Source: a virus
Strand: one strand, 5' to 3'
IMG/VR virus record: IMGVR_UViG_3300045988_069429
Length of the DNA: 55,794 nt
The translations under genes were made by a program, and so were the position numbers. Positions 17,078-26,139 of this stretch are shown here, one piece after another; within the stretch, counting starts at the first letter, position 1, and each line of letters begins with the position of its first letter. Under the pieces are notes generated by a model, which was given only the letters and a program-made list of their open reading frames with translations, was not told where the DNA came from and did not search any database.

Positions 17078-18109
17078 TTACTTTCCGAACTTAGCAAGAA
17101 CAACCTTTGAATCGTTGCTTAAGACTGCTGTATAGTGTTCATCGCCAGAGATAACAGTTGTCTTTGCAAGAATATCTCTGTCCGATTCAATCTCAACGCT
17201 TCTCTTCATATAGATTGTAAGTGCGTTCTCTTCCTCTGACACGCCATCTGCACCTGTGTCCTCGTTAGGGTCTTCTGCTGACACGATAACAATCGGACAA
17301 GCGTAGAACTCTGTTGTAACAGCCTTTAACTTGCTACCTACCTTGATTTCCTTGTCCTTTGGCTTAAGCGTATGTGCAAGTGCTGTGTCAAGATGAACAT
17401 TAGTTGCATCCTCGCTTGTTGTATCAGCTACAACATTGATTGTTCCTGTTGAATCATCAAGTTCATACTTAACCAGCTTAACTTTCTTAGACTTAACAAC
17501 CTGTGCTCCTGCGATAGAACCGATAGTGCCATTCATAATTACGTTAAGTGGGTACTTGTCATTGCTCTTGAAATCAGCGTCATTAAGTAATGTGGCTTCC
17601 TGTGCCGGATTGATGAATAATATCTTTGTAAGTGATGAATCTGATTCATCATCAAACTTGCTATTAGCCGCTACAACTGCTGAATAGCTGATAGGTGCTG
17701 CTGTTCCATCGTGATCAATAGGTGCTGTGCAAAGTGCGTCATAGCTGTCATTATCAACCTTTGCAGCGATTGACATAGCAATCTGATTGATAGCTGTACC
17801 AAGTGGGTCGCCATAACCAGATAACACTGATTCGTCTGTAAGTTCTACTGCCTTACCTGCTTTCTTAACCTTTGCTTCTGTTGTAGATGTTGTAAGTACT
17901 GTTGTACCCATAGCAACACCTTCTGCTACATCCTGTGCATCACCTATATAAGCGTATTTTGGGACAACAATAGTGCTTCCCGGTCTGCCTACAAGTGTTG
18001 TATCAACTCTTGCAATAGGCGAAAACTTAATCTTCTTTGGTAACTTAGCTGATACCATATCAGCCATTACCTGTGGGTCTACTAAATTTGCTAACTTAGT
18101 CTGTGGCAT
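17078..18109 (-). CDS. Major capsid protein
   Basis: 343 aa directly after the scaffold gene. It has a strong RBS and is followed by a small decoration-like ORF. Confidence 0.7.
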   Translation of the reverse strand: MPQTKLANLVDPQVMADMVSAKLPKKIKFSPIARVDTTLVGRPGSTIVVPKYAYIGDAQDVAEGVAMGTTVLTTSTTEAKVKKAGKAVELTDESVLSGYGDPLGTAINQIAMSIAAKVDNDSYDALCTAPIDHDGTAAPISYSAVVAANSKFDDESDSSLTKILFINPAQEATLLNDADFKSNDKYPLNVIMNGTIGSIAGAQVVKSKKVKLVKYELDDSTGTINVVADTTSEDATNVHLDTALAHTLKPKDKEIKVGSKLKAVTTEFYACPIVIVSAEDPNEDTGADGVSEEENALTIYMKRSVEIESDRDILAKTTVISGDEHYTAVLSNDSKVVLAKFGK

Positions 18110-18129
18110 AGTTTATTTACCTCCGTTTT

Positions 18130-18708
18130 CTACTCTGTGAACTTCTTATAAAGTTCTGGATTCTTATTTTTGAATTCTACTCTTTCGTGGTAATTCATCT
18201 TGTTGAACTGTTCCTGTGTTATTGTGCTTTCTTCTCCGCCGCCTGCATTAATAGCCGGTCTTGATTTAAGCCACTCTGCCTTAGCTTCTTTAACCTGTCT
18301 TTGCACTTCATTGGCAATTACAGTTGCTATAAGGCTATGGTCTGCGTCTGCAACTGCCTCAATCAAAGAATCAATATCTTTTCCATCGCCTATAACTTTC
18401 TGATAAGCATTGACAGCTTTCATATGATTAAGCTCTTTACTCATGTTCTCGAACTTTTCGGCCTGCAACTTTTCAGCTTCCGCCTTTGCTTCCGCTTCCT
18501 GTTCTTCTGCTGTCTGCTTCGAGCGAAGTTCTTTCTTGTACTTAGCTGCTTCTGAACTGGCTTTATCAGAAGCATTCTTATACTTCTCTTTTTCAGCTCT
18601 TTCACTAGCAAGCTGTGCCATAAGTTCTTCTACACTAGGTGTCTGCTCTTCGTTCTGTGGCTCATTATTAGTTGTTGGTTCTGTTGTTTTGTTAGTTACA
18701 TCTGCCAT
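18130..18708 (-). CDS. Scaffolding protein
   Basis: Highly charged coiled coil (EELMAQLASERAEKEKYKNASDKASSEAAKYKKELRSKQTAEEQEAEAKAEAEKLQ) between the portal and capsid genes. Confidence 0.7.
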   Translation of the reverse strand: MADVTNKTTEPTTNNEPQNEEQTPSVEELMAQLASERAEKEKYKNASDKASSEAAKYKKELRSKQTAEEQEAEAKAEAEKLQAEKFENMSKELNHMKAVNAYQKVIGDGKDIDSLIEAVADADHSLIATVIANEVQRQVKEAKAEWLKSRPAINAGGGEESTITQEQFNKMNYHERVEFKNKNPELYKKFTE

Positions 18709-18788
18709 AATTTCTTTACCTCTGCTTTCTGCGTTTTTGTTGTTCTCTCAACTTCTTGCGATATTTGTATTGCCCTTTCTCTAGGGCA

Positions 18789-18824
18789 TATAAAAAGCCA
18801 CAAGGCATTTTCTACCTTGTGGCT
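18789..18824 (-). terminator. Strong rho-independent terminator between portal and scaffold genes
   Basis: Minus strand reads AGCCACAAGG-tagaaaatg-CCTTGTGGCT followed by TTTTTAT. Confidence 0.8.
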
Positions 18825-18833
18825 CAATATCAA

Positions 18834-20426
18834 TTATTTATCTGTTCTGCTCTTATCTATAACTGGACTATTTTCTGTCTGGTCTGATAAGTCTTGCATT
18901 GTGCGGTCTTTGTTAGGCGATTGTTCGCCATCTCCGCCCTCTGCTTGGTTTTGTGTGTCTTTGTTGATTATACTGTCTTGATATGCCTTAACCATCTCTC
19001 CGCTTCTCGCTACAACATCGTTAGGGTCATCGAAGAATGGAATTGCATCAACTGTATCTTTAAGGCTAAATCCGTGACTTATCAATGTCGCCATAGCATT
19101 AACTTTGGTTGACATTTCGTAAGTTTTTTGCCGCTTAATGTTAGGTTTTACATCTCTTGCCCTTAATTTAAGTAATGGATTGCTGCTGTTAACATTGTTT
19201 GACAACTTAATAGCTGCAAGAACAACTTTTATTTCTTCCATTTTGCAGCCATCAGTAATTAGTTGTTGTTTTGCCGCCGCTGTTTCAGCCTGTGACCAGC
19301 CTGTTGCATCTGACATTGCAACTCCTGTACTGCCACCGCTATTATCATTTCGTTGTGGCACATTACATTTCTGCAAGATTATCTGTCGCCTTGATTGGAT
19401 ATTGTTAAGCATACCTGTGTAATCGTAATTAATTGCAAGTGGCTCAACTATTGGAGTTTTGCCATCTGCTGATGTGTAGGTCTGCATCCATTCTCCAGAT
19501 TTTGGTTTCCTTACTTTTTCAGTAATGCGTTGTGTTCCATCTTTATCAACTGTTGTTTCCTGTTCAACCGGGAAATCAACATCATTTGTGTGCCATACTG
19601 CCTGCGTGTTCTGTTCAACATCATTTGTAATATCTGAAATGAGCAAGTTTAAGTTATCCATTTCAGATATTTGCCGTTCAAAACAGCCCATTCTATCAAA
19701 TGACCTTGTGTATTCAATGATAGGAATTTTATGCAGTGGATTTTCTTCTCCGCTTCTCTCTAAAAATCCCCATTTTGTTTTTCCTTTTTCTGGTCCGTTA
19801 GTAATTTTTATCCCATCCGTAACTTCATAACGAATATCTTTTGTAAAACAGGTGTAATATCTTGTACCGCTATGTTTGTCTTTAATATAAGTGCCTGCAA
19901 GAATAACCCTCTTGTCACTATAAGCTGTTGACCTTATGACAAATGTTGTTCTTGGGTCTAATACATCATATGTAAAATAGCTTTCTCCATCCTCATATTC
20001 TGTGTTTACATCAATGAGGACATATCCAACGCCACCAATTTCAACATATCTTGCAAGTTCCTGTTGCTTCTGCCTTGCATTCTGTGATTCGTAGCAACTG
20101 TTTAATTCTGCTATAGCTTTTGTAAGGTTAGAATCCTCATTGTCGCCATTTTGAACTAACGTTATAGGATTTCCCCACTTAAAACCTAAATTGAACTCCG
20201 TGACTTCATTAGCCACATTATCGCAACACTCACAGTCAATGTCTGGTCTGTAAGTCTTTGGATTCTTCCTAACTATTGGCTGTATTCCTGCGTCATAATC
20301 AAGAAGAAACTGTATTCTGTTGGAATTAATATCATGTTCCAAAATTGCTTCACGCAAAATTGGTATTATATTGTCAGGTGTTATTTCTTTTGCGCCTGTA
20401 TAAATAGCAATTCTTCCTGTTTGCAT
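18834..20426 (-). CDS. Portal protein
   Basis: 530 aa downstream of TerL, with an acidic C-terminus. Size and position fit SPP1-type portals. Confidence 0.7.
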   Translation of the reverse strand: MQTGRIAIYTGAKEITPDNIIPILREAILEHDINSNRIQFLLDYDAGIQPIVRKNPKTYRPDIDCECCDNVANEVTEFNLGFKWGNPITLVQNGDNEDSNLTKAIAELNSCYESQNARQKQQELARYVEIGGVGYVLIDVNTEYEDGESYFTYDVLDPRTTFVIRSTAYSDKRVILAGTYIKDKHSGTRYYTCFTKDIRYEVTDGIKITNGPEKGKTKWGFLERSGEENPLHKIPIIEYTRSFDRMGCFERQISEMDNLNLLISDITNDVEQNTQAVWHTNDVDFPVEQETTVDKDGTQRITEKVRKPKSGEWMQTYTSADGKTPIVEPLAINYDYTGMLNNIQSRRQIILQKCNVPQRNDNSGGSTGVAMSDATGWSQAETAAAKQQLITDGCKMEEIKVVLAAIKLSNNVNSSNPLLKLRARDVKPNIKRQKTYEMSTKVNAMATLISHGFSLKDTVDAIPFFDDPNDVVARSGEMVKAYQDSIINKDTQNQAEGGDGEQSPNKDRTMQDLSDQTENSPVIDKSRTDK

Positions 20427-20437
20427 TATCTACACCT

Positions 20438-20647
20438 CTAATAAAATGTCATACCGCTTGAACTTCTGCTGTCCGGTATTTCTTTAATTTGAAAATTATC
20501 ATCATCGTTAGGCACATACCAAATCCACTTGTGGCAGTGCCTACAAGCCAGCTTATGTGTTCGTGGGTCTTTGCTGTCTGCCTTGGTTAAAAACTTATGG
20601 CAGTTCGGACACATAATTGACTTGTCTTTGTTTGTATAAAAAATCAT
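20438..20647 (-). CDS. Zinc-ribbon protein
   Basis: CPNCHKF...CRHCHKW. Confidence 0.5.
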   Translation of the reverse strand: MIFYTNKDKSIMCPNCHKFLTKADSKDPRTHKLACRHCHKWIWYVPNDDDNFQIKEIPDSRSSSGMTFY

Positions 20648-20665
20648 ATTCTACCTCGTTGCATA

Positions 20666-20698
20666 ACAAAAAACACCGCTACAATTAAGTAACGGTGC
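20666..20698 (-). terminator. Putative rho-independent terminator
   Basis: Minus strand reads GCACCG-14 nt-CGGTGT followed by TTTTTG. Confidence 0.5.
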
Positions 20699-20796
20699 TT
20701 TCCGATAAAGGATTGTAATATTTGATGAAAAACAGTTCTGTAATTTCTTACAGGTATACTATACCACGCCGGCAATGTGACATTCTATGACATCTT

Positions 20797-21219
20797 TTAC
20801 AAATATTCACTTCCATATTTGTCTTCAAAGGCCTGTAATGCTTTAGCGTGTATTCTATGCACTTGTCTCCAGCACCAGCCTGTTTCATTTGCAATTTTTT
20901 CAAATGTAAACTTTCTGATATATCTTAGAAACAATACTGTGTAATAATCTTCGTTGTTTATCTGTTCTATCTGCTCTATTATTTTGTTTTTTACATCAAT
21001 GTATTTATCTATAAGCTTATCAAGGTTTTCTTCCATTTGTTCAAGTCTGACATATCCACAGCCTGTTTTGTCTGGATCTGATGATGACATAACTCTTTCT
21101 TCATTAACAACCGCTGAAATGCTGTATGATAATTCTTTATACTGTGTTATTTCTATCAACTTATTATCAATTATCTTGTTGTAATAGCTTATCTGGTTAA
21201 GATAGTCCTTAGTTGTCAT
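20797..21219 (-). CDS. Sigma-70 region-4-like or ArpU/RinA-like late transcription regulator
   Basis: The C-terminal YYTVLFLRYIRKFTFEKIANETGWCWRQVHRIHAKALQAFE is an r4-type HTH. Confidence 0.55.
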   Translation of the reverse strand: MTTKDYLNQISYYNKIIDNKLIEITQYKELSYSISAVVNEERVMSSSDPDKTGCGYVRLEQMEENLDKLIDKYIDVKNKIIEQIEQINNEDYYTVLFLRYIRKFTFEKIANETGWCWRQVHRIHAKALQAFEDKYGSEYL

Positions 21220-21232
21220 ATAAACCCTCCTC

Positions 21233-22960
21233 TTATATCGGACTTGACATAATTACTGTCTTTTTTACTCTATTTCCTCTTTTCATTCTTAATGCAAAAT
21301 TTGAAAAAACATCCGGTACATCATCGTGCAAATTTTTACCAGATACTGAATATTTCAATAACCAACTCATCATCTCTGCATAATCGCTCTTAGGTTCATA
21401 TAGGCTTCTGTCTTTGAACACAATATGTTGCAATACCCAGCTAGAGCACTGAAATATTCTTGCTTCTTTGTTTGTTTCGGTTGCAGTGTCTGATATATTG
21501 CATAACCAGCCTTTTTCTTCTACTCGTTTTCTGACTTCATTTGCAACCCTATCTCCGCCTTGATTGGCTTCAAAATCGCAATCTTGCATTTCATTATCGA
21601 CAATTAAATTTGCTGAATTTTCATATTGTTTTTCGTAATCTGCCGAATTGTTGCATATAGTATCAGTGCAGTAATACGTTCCCTCATATCCTTCAAATTC
21701 AACCAGGCAAGGAAACACATAAAAATCAGTACCAGAGGATTTTGTGTCACATTGTCCAGTAATTCTTTTAATTCGTGTTTTAGGAAGTTCTTTGTATCTC
21801 ATTATTTTGTTTTCTGGATAAAGCAATCCCTCACGTTCTATTGGATCTTGCTTATAAAGACATCTATAAGATATATCATCCATTGTCAGTGCTTGATCAT
21901 TAAAAAATTCCACCGACATTCCATTATATTCATAGTCAAAATTGCTTTTCCCTGTTTTAGGGTCAATATCTGGAATCGAAATAATTTTTAACTTTGGGTC
22001 GTTTCCATAAAGCTCAATAATATGTCCAATAATGTCTTTTGTGCTCCATCTGGTCATTATAATTATTTCTTTTACTTGTTCGTTTAGCTTTCTTTGCTTT
22101 AAATCGACTCCATAAATTCTCCATATTTTTTCAAGAATTATTGGATTAAGTGCTTCTTCAATAGAACCTATAAGGTCATCACAATATAAATAACGGTTAG
22201 TTCTAACCTTACCAGCATTCTTAGCTCCTATTGATGAGCATTGAATACTTGAAAATGCTTTGTATTTACCGAAATTAGCTTCTTGTGCCTGTGCATTTGT
22301 GCTTTGTAATGGTAAATTAGGGAAAATAACATTCCATTTATATTCTTTATCATCTGTTGTTATGTCAAGCACTCCTTTATAAAACTTTCCTGTAATTTCG
22401 TTGCTGTGAGAAAAGAAAAGGCTGTAATCTTTAGGGTGCTTGCCAATTATCCAAGAGCAAAAAAATTTTTCCAGTGTAGTTTTTTGTGTTCCTGGTGGCA
22501 TAGAAATACATAATCTATTATATTTGTCGTCTTCCAAATCTTGCATAGCTTGAATAAGCCCGTATTTATTAAGCTGTTTCATTTTTGGCTGATAAAATCT
22601 TTCACTCTCTTCTCTGTCTTTTTCAAGATAAAGCAAATAGCTGTGAAATAAGTGCGGAGCTTCAAGTAATAAGGTGTCAAAATATCTATTAACTAAATCA
22701 TTGTCTATATTGTTGTTGAATGTATATTTTTCAAGTTCAAAAATATCTATGCCTATATCACGCATACAAGCCTTTTCTATGAGCTCTTTTGTCCTAGTCG
22801 TACATTTTAACATTGTGTCAATTTCGCCCTCATTCTTGGCAAGCTGGCACACGTTGTAGTAGGTTTCTATAATATTTTCATCTATTCCATTTTGGGATAT
22901 GTATTTTTCGCATTCATCTATCAGTTGATTTAATTCAGAATTCAAGATAAGCACCTCCAC
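21233..22960 (-). CDS. Terminase large subunit
   Basis: Walker A-like SMPPGTQKTT and an acidic YCDDLIG motif. A C-terminal nuclease-like region precedes the portal. The true start may be TTG at 22945, after GGAGG. Confidence 0.75.
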   Translation of the reverse strand: MEVLILNSELNQLIDECEKYISQNGIDENIIETYYNVCQLAKNEGEIDTMLKCTTRTKELIEKACMRDIGIDIFELEKYTFNNNIDNDLVNRYFDTLLLEAPHLFHSYLLYLEKDREESERFYQPKMKQLNKYGLIQAMQDLEDDKYNRLCISMPPGTQKTTLEKFFCSWIIGKHPKDYSLFFSHSNEITGKFYKGVLDITTDDKEYKWNVIFPNLPLQSTNAQAQEANFGKYKAFSSIQCSSIGAKNAGKVRTNRYLYCDDLIGSIEEALNPIILEKIWRIYGVDLKQRKLNEQVKEIIIMTRWSTKDIIGHIIELYGNDPKLKIISIPDIDPKTGKSNFDYEYNGMSVEFFNDQALTMDDISYRCLYKQDPIEREGLLYPENKIMRYKELPKTRIKRITGQCDTKSSGTDFYVFPCLVEFEGYEGTYYCTDTICNNSADYEKQYENSANLIVDNEMQDCDFEANQGGDRVANEVRKRVEEKGWLCNISDTATETNKEARIFQCSSWVLQHIVFKDRSLYEPKSDYAEMMSWLLKYSVSGKNLHDDVPDVFSNFALRMKRGNRVKKTVIMSSPI

Positions 22961-23045
22961 TTAAAAGCAAAGGCGCTTATAGACCTCTGCCTATAATTGT
23001 TTTAGGGTAGCGCCGCAAACCTCTTATGCGGCGGTAATATATTAT

Positions 23046-23429
23046 TTATTTAATATCAATATCTGGTACTAATCTTTCAGGGTAAAACGTCAATTCATAA
23101 TGGTACTTATCTGTCCCGACTGGTTCTGTTTGTTCCATAACATAACAAGTCCAATCGTTAAGATATATATAATCTTTATAATATGTGTTCTCGCCTGTTT
23201 TGATAGTAACTACAAGCTCATTAGTACTGTTGTTGCTAAGGCTCATATACCCCTCTGCCTGCAACATAATTGTATCTGTTCTTGCATTTGTAACTGTAAT
23301 TTTTCGATAGAGATTAAACTCATCTCCATCTTTTGACAGATTGTGGTTTACGACATCTGCCGTTCTACAACCAACCATTCCAAGTGCAATGCAGATTATC
23401 ATTCCTAATGTCAAAAATTTCTTTTTCAT
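23046..23429 (-). CDS. Lipoprotein (possible superinfection exclusion)
   Basis: Signal peptide plus lipobox: MKKKFLTLGMIICIALGMVGC. Confidence 0.65.
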   Translation of the reverse strand: MKKKFLTLGMIICIALGMVGCRTADVVNHNLSKDGDEFNLYRKITVTNARTDTIMLQAEGYMSLSNNSTNELVVTIKTGENTYYKDYIYLNDWTCYVMEQTEPVGTDKYHYELTFYPERLVPDIDIK

Positions 23430-23510
23430 AATTTCTATTCCTTTCTATGTTTTATCAGCCTTTAACTCTCTAAGGTCAGCGGCTACAATCAATTTGTAGT
23501 CGGTAATTGT

Positions 23511-23687
23511 TTATTTTAATTTCTTAACTTCCAGACAAGTACGTTTTCCATCCTTTTCAATTCTCCATCTGGTACTCCAATGTTCAATGTGGCAGTTTTT
23601 ATCTTCATTAAGTGGGACTCTATTGACAATAGCACTTGCAATAGTGCTTGGTGGAATGTCTAAATCATCTACAATCAATGTTGTCAT
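23511..23687 (-). CDS. Small hypothetical protein (58 aa, below the track cutoff)
   Basis: Translated by hand: MTTLIVDDLDIPPSTIASAIVNRVPLNEDKNCHIEHWSTRWRIEKDGKRTCLEVKKLK. Confidence 0.4.
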   Translation of the reverse strand: MTTLIVDDLDIPPSTIASAIVNRVPLNEDKNCHIEHWSTRWRIEKDGKRTCLEVKKLK

Positions 23688-23695
23688 TTGATTTT

Positions 23696-23899
23696 CTACT
23701 TTTGGTAATCTGGCTTTTTTAATTCGTTCAAATACTTTGTCATTGCAATTTCAGTACCATTTTCATCTTTTGTGCAAACAGTAACGCAATTACTTTTATT
23801 GCTTCGTAAGTCAGCAAGTATTATTTCCGTTTTATCATCATCAAACTTGTAACACTCACGCATTTTCTCAATGCAGTTATTCATTTCTGTTATTTTCAT
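23696..23899 (-). CDS. Hypothetical protein
   Basis: Start moved to ATG 23899 (MKITEMNNC...), just after the upstream stop. Confidence 0.5.
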   Translation of the reverse strand: MKITEMNNCIEKMRECYKFDDDKTEIILADLRSNKSNCVTVCTKDENGTEIAMTKYLNELKKPDYQK

Positions 23900-23903
23900 A
23901 ATA

Positions 23904-24092
23904 TCACTTCTTCCCCCATAAATTATTTGGCAACTCCTCACCGCCGTAAATCTTGTTAGCGTATTTCTTAAATGTCGGTACGCTACAACCTGCTACTTTT
24001 GCCGCTTTTACCTGTGAAACCCGCCCCGATATGTATAGGTTTATTGCTTCATAGAACTTATCTTTGTTTAGTGGGTGTACGCCTGCTGCCAT
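23904..24092 (-). CDS. Small HTH DNA-binding protein
   Basis: Start at ATG 24092 after AGGAG. The segment VSQVKAAKVAGCSVPTFKKYANKI is HTH-like. Confidence 0.5.
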   Translation of the reverse strand: MAAGVHPLNKDKFYEAINLYISGRVSQVKAAKVAGCSVPTFKKYANKIYGGEELPNNLWGKK

Positions 24093-24113
24093 AATAATCA
24101 CTCCTTGTCTGTT

Positions 24114-24278
24114 TTACATCATTTTCTGTATCATAATTGCCAATATACCTGTCAGTAAACATATAATTATCAGCATTCCCTCTTTAACAGCTGTTGCAAT
24201 AGATATATCTTCTCTTTCAATGTATTTGATATTGTAGTAAACCCATATCAGCAGCACTATGCCTAATATTAATTTCAT
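24114..24278 (-). CDS. Small two-TM membrane protein (54 aa)
   Basis: Hand translation: MKLILGIVLLIWVYYNIKYIEREDISIATAVKEGMLIIICLLTGILAIMIQKMM. Confidence 0.45.
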   Translation of the reverse strand: MKLILGIVLLIWVYYNIKYIEREDISIATAVKEGMLIIICLLTGILAIMIQKMM

Positions 24279-24291
24279 AAACATTGTTCCT

Positions 24292-25278
24292 TTACATCTC
24301 TATAAATCTATTTGCCAGCTTGCCAAGATATTCAGCATTGGCAAAATGTGTTATTGAGTAGTTAGTGCTTTCTCTATGTTCTCTGATAAAGTGGTCGTTA
24401 ATCATTCTCTGTAAAACTGTAATACTCTTATCGTCTGTTTCGTATATATCATCAGAATTGAAATGTCCGTGTTCTGTATCTGTGATAGTTGATAGTACAA
24501 AACATACATTCTTTAATGTCTTATCTGTAAGTATTGGGTGTACTTTATGGAAATAGATTTCATATAACTGCATATACATCTTAAATCCATCTTTAACGCA
24601 ATCACATATAGTTGAATTATCTATGTCGTTGTCGCAGATGTTATTGAACCTATCAACCATATCTTTTTCTTTAAGCAACATTTCATCTCTTGTGACAGCT
24701 CTTGCCGTCGGTTTCTCTGAAAACGATGTATGTACCTCTCCATCAATGTTAATTGATGTATTATCCTTATTAGTAATTTCTGAATTATAATCTCTGTTTA
24801 TATTCTCTGTAGTAATCTCTGGTAATGGTCTGTCGTTTTGTCCTTCTCGACAGGTCATTCTGTCCTGTCGGTCTGTCATATTGTCTTGTCGATTTGTCAT
24901 TCTGTCCTCATTGGAATTAAATTTATCCACAAGTTCCTGTAGTTTCTTAGTATTTATTGTGTACCACTTTGTTTTATCAATAGCTAATTTATTGTAATTA
25001 GCTGATATAACAATTCCTTTACTTTCAAGCCTTGTGAATGTTCTCTGTATCGTTTTTTCACTCCAATATGGAAAATTATTAATTCTCCAATCGCTGTATG
25101 AGTTGTAAACCCAATATTTACCATCAACAAGGTTCTTTTCAGCTTTTTTATTAATTTCTATCCAGTAATTTAGCTGATTAAGCACTATTGCTTCGTTTAA
25201 ATCTCCCAAAACAAGTGCTAAATCGGTGTTTACAATAAGTGTCCTTGATTTGTCAATAAATAATTCTTTAAAATTCAT
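24292..25278 (-). CDS. Winged-helix replication-initiator-like protein with an internal MTxRQD repeat
   Basis: The N-terminal LNEAIVLNQLNYWIEINKK...WSEKTIQRTFTRLESKGIV resembles DnaD/HTH_36-type phage Rep proteins. Tandem DRMTNRQDNMTDRQDRMTCRE in the middle. Confidence 0.5.
   Translation of the reverse strand: MNFKELFIDKSRTLIVNTDLALVLGDLNEAIVLNQLNYWIEINKKAEKNLVDGKYWVYNSYSDWRINNFPYWSEKTIQRTFTRLESKGIVISANYNKLAIDKTKWYTINTKKLQELVDKFNSNEDRMTNRQDNMTDRQDRMTCREGQNDRPLPEITTENINRDYNSEITNKDNTSINIDGEVHTSFSEKPTARAVTRDEMLLKEKDMVDRFNNICDNDIDNSTICDCVKDGFKMYMQLYEIYFHKVHPILTDKTLKNVCFVLSTITDTEHGHFNSDDIYETDDKSITVLQRMINDHFIREHRESTNYSITHFANAEYLGKLANRFIEM
24854..24909. repeat. 21-nt tandem iteron-like repeats (2.7 copies) inside the Rep-like gene
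   Basis: gtcattctgtcctgtcggtct / gtcatattgtcttgtcgattt / gtcattctgtcctc. Confidence 0.8.
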
Positions 25279-25425
25279 AAATTACCTCCTGTGAAAGATA
25301 ATAGCACTCCGCTTGTGCTTAATCTGTGAATAACAAAACAACAAACAGGCAGTTCACAGGTCTGCTTTTCGGTAGCTAACCTAGTTTGTTGTTAATCTGA
25401 CATATGGACTTGCACCATACCCGCA

Positions 25426-25482
25426 CGCCAAGCTAGGGAATCGAACCCCACGCTTAAAAAAATACATCTTCAAGCGCATACC
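25426..25482 (-). pseudogene. tRNA-like remnant: T-arm and 3' acceptor strand plus a 7-bp hairpin, with no 5' acceptor or D-arm
   Basis: Minus strand: CTTGAAG-ATGTATT-TTTTAAG hairpin, then TGGGG-TTCGATT-CCCTA-GCTTGGC-G. I found no complementary 5' strand. Confidence 0.4.
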
Positions 25483-25554
25483 GCCTTATAATGAGAATCG
25501 AACTCATCTCGCACTATGCTGTCAGAACAAAGCACATCTTAACCTAGGATAAGT
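25483..25554 (-). pseudogene. 72-nt tRNA-like element with a canonical T-arm but a mismatched acceptor ends and no standard anticodon arm
   Basis: ACTTATC...ATGAG-TTCGATT-CTCAT-TATAAGG-C. Pairs 1-72 and 7-66 are mismatched, and the central hairpin has a 10-nt loop. Confidence 0.4.
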
Positions 25555-25599
25555 CCGCAAACAGCATTATGTACGCAAACCTAAGAAATGCTTTCAAAA

Positions 25600-25682
25600 C
25601 GCCGATATCGTGAATCGAACACGAACAACATTTCTGTTGGATAGCTTAGCAAGCTACTGGAATACTTTTATCCCATATCGGC
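25600..25682 (-). tRNA. tRNA-Ser(GCU), class II
   Basis: Folded by hand: GCCGATA/TATCGGC acceptor, GGA/TCC D-stem, GTAGC-TTGCTAA-GCTAT anticodon arm, CAACA-GAAA-TGTTG variable arm, TCGTG-TTCGATT-CACGA T-arm. Confidence 0.85.
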
Positions 25683-25686
25683 AAAG

Positions 25687-25776
25687 TGGAGAAGATAGGA
25701 ATTGAACCTACAATGTTTACCGCAAGGGAACAGATTTACAGTCCGCCGCAACACCGCCAATCGTTACCGCTTCCCC
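25687..25776 (-). tRNA. tRNA-Tyr(GUA), class II
   Basis: GGGGAAG/CTTCTCC acceptor, GCGGA-CTGTAAA-TCTGT anticodon arm, GTAGG-TTCAATT-CCTAT T-arm. The variable arm fold is less clean. Confidence 0.7.
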
Positions 25777-26139
25777 ATATCGTTTTAAAAGACTAGCATT
25801 GTGAAAATGTTTCGATTAAGGTGGATAGTTGATACTGAAAAACAATGCTAGTCTTAATAGCAGTATAGGCTATGACACCTATAACAGGTCGTGGCAAAGC
25901 TTGGATGTCATTCTACTCGTGCAGTTGGGCTCAAAGAAAGTAGCTTCGCTCGCTGTCTATCCATACAGATAACTGCTGCGCTATAGGTATAACTTAATTT
26001 TATTTGCGTATTTATAATACGCAAAACCTCACGGACTATCTGACAGTCCTTAACAGCTCTCGCTATGAGGTGAAAGGAGGACTTAATGCTAGTAAACCAA
26101 TAAGTCCTGTAAAGGCACAAGTGTAATTAAACACTTGAA
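25777..26139 (-). ncRNA. 363-nt structured non-coding spacer inside the tRNA array (unknown RNA)
   Basis: Perfect hairpins: 13-bp aagactagcattg/caatgctagtctt (25789-25857), 8-bp tttgcgta/tacgcaaa (26003-26025), ggact/agtcc with a 7-nt loop (26033-26049), 8-bp aggactta/taagtcct (26078-26108). Only short overlapping ORFs. Confidence 0.5.

Noticed and set aside
25777-26139. Possible tmRNA, RNase P RNA or tRNA-borne group I intron
   Set aside because: I found none of the expected signatures. There is no tag reading frame ending in a hydrophobic ...AA. There is no GAGGAAAGUCC / ACAGAA P4 signature. There are no flanking tRNA half-exons complementary to the orphan T-arm elements. The identity is left open.
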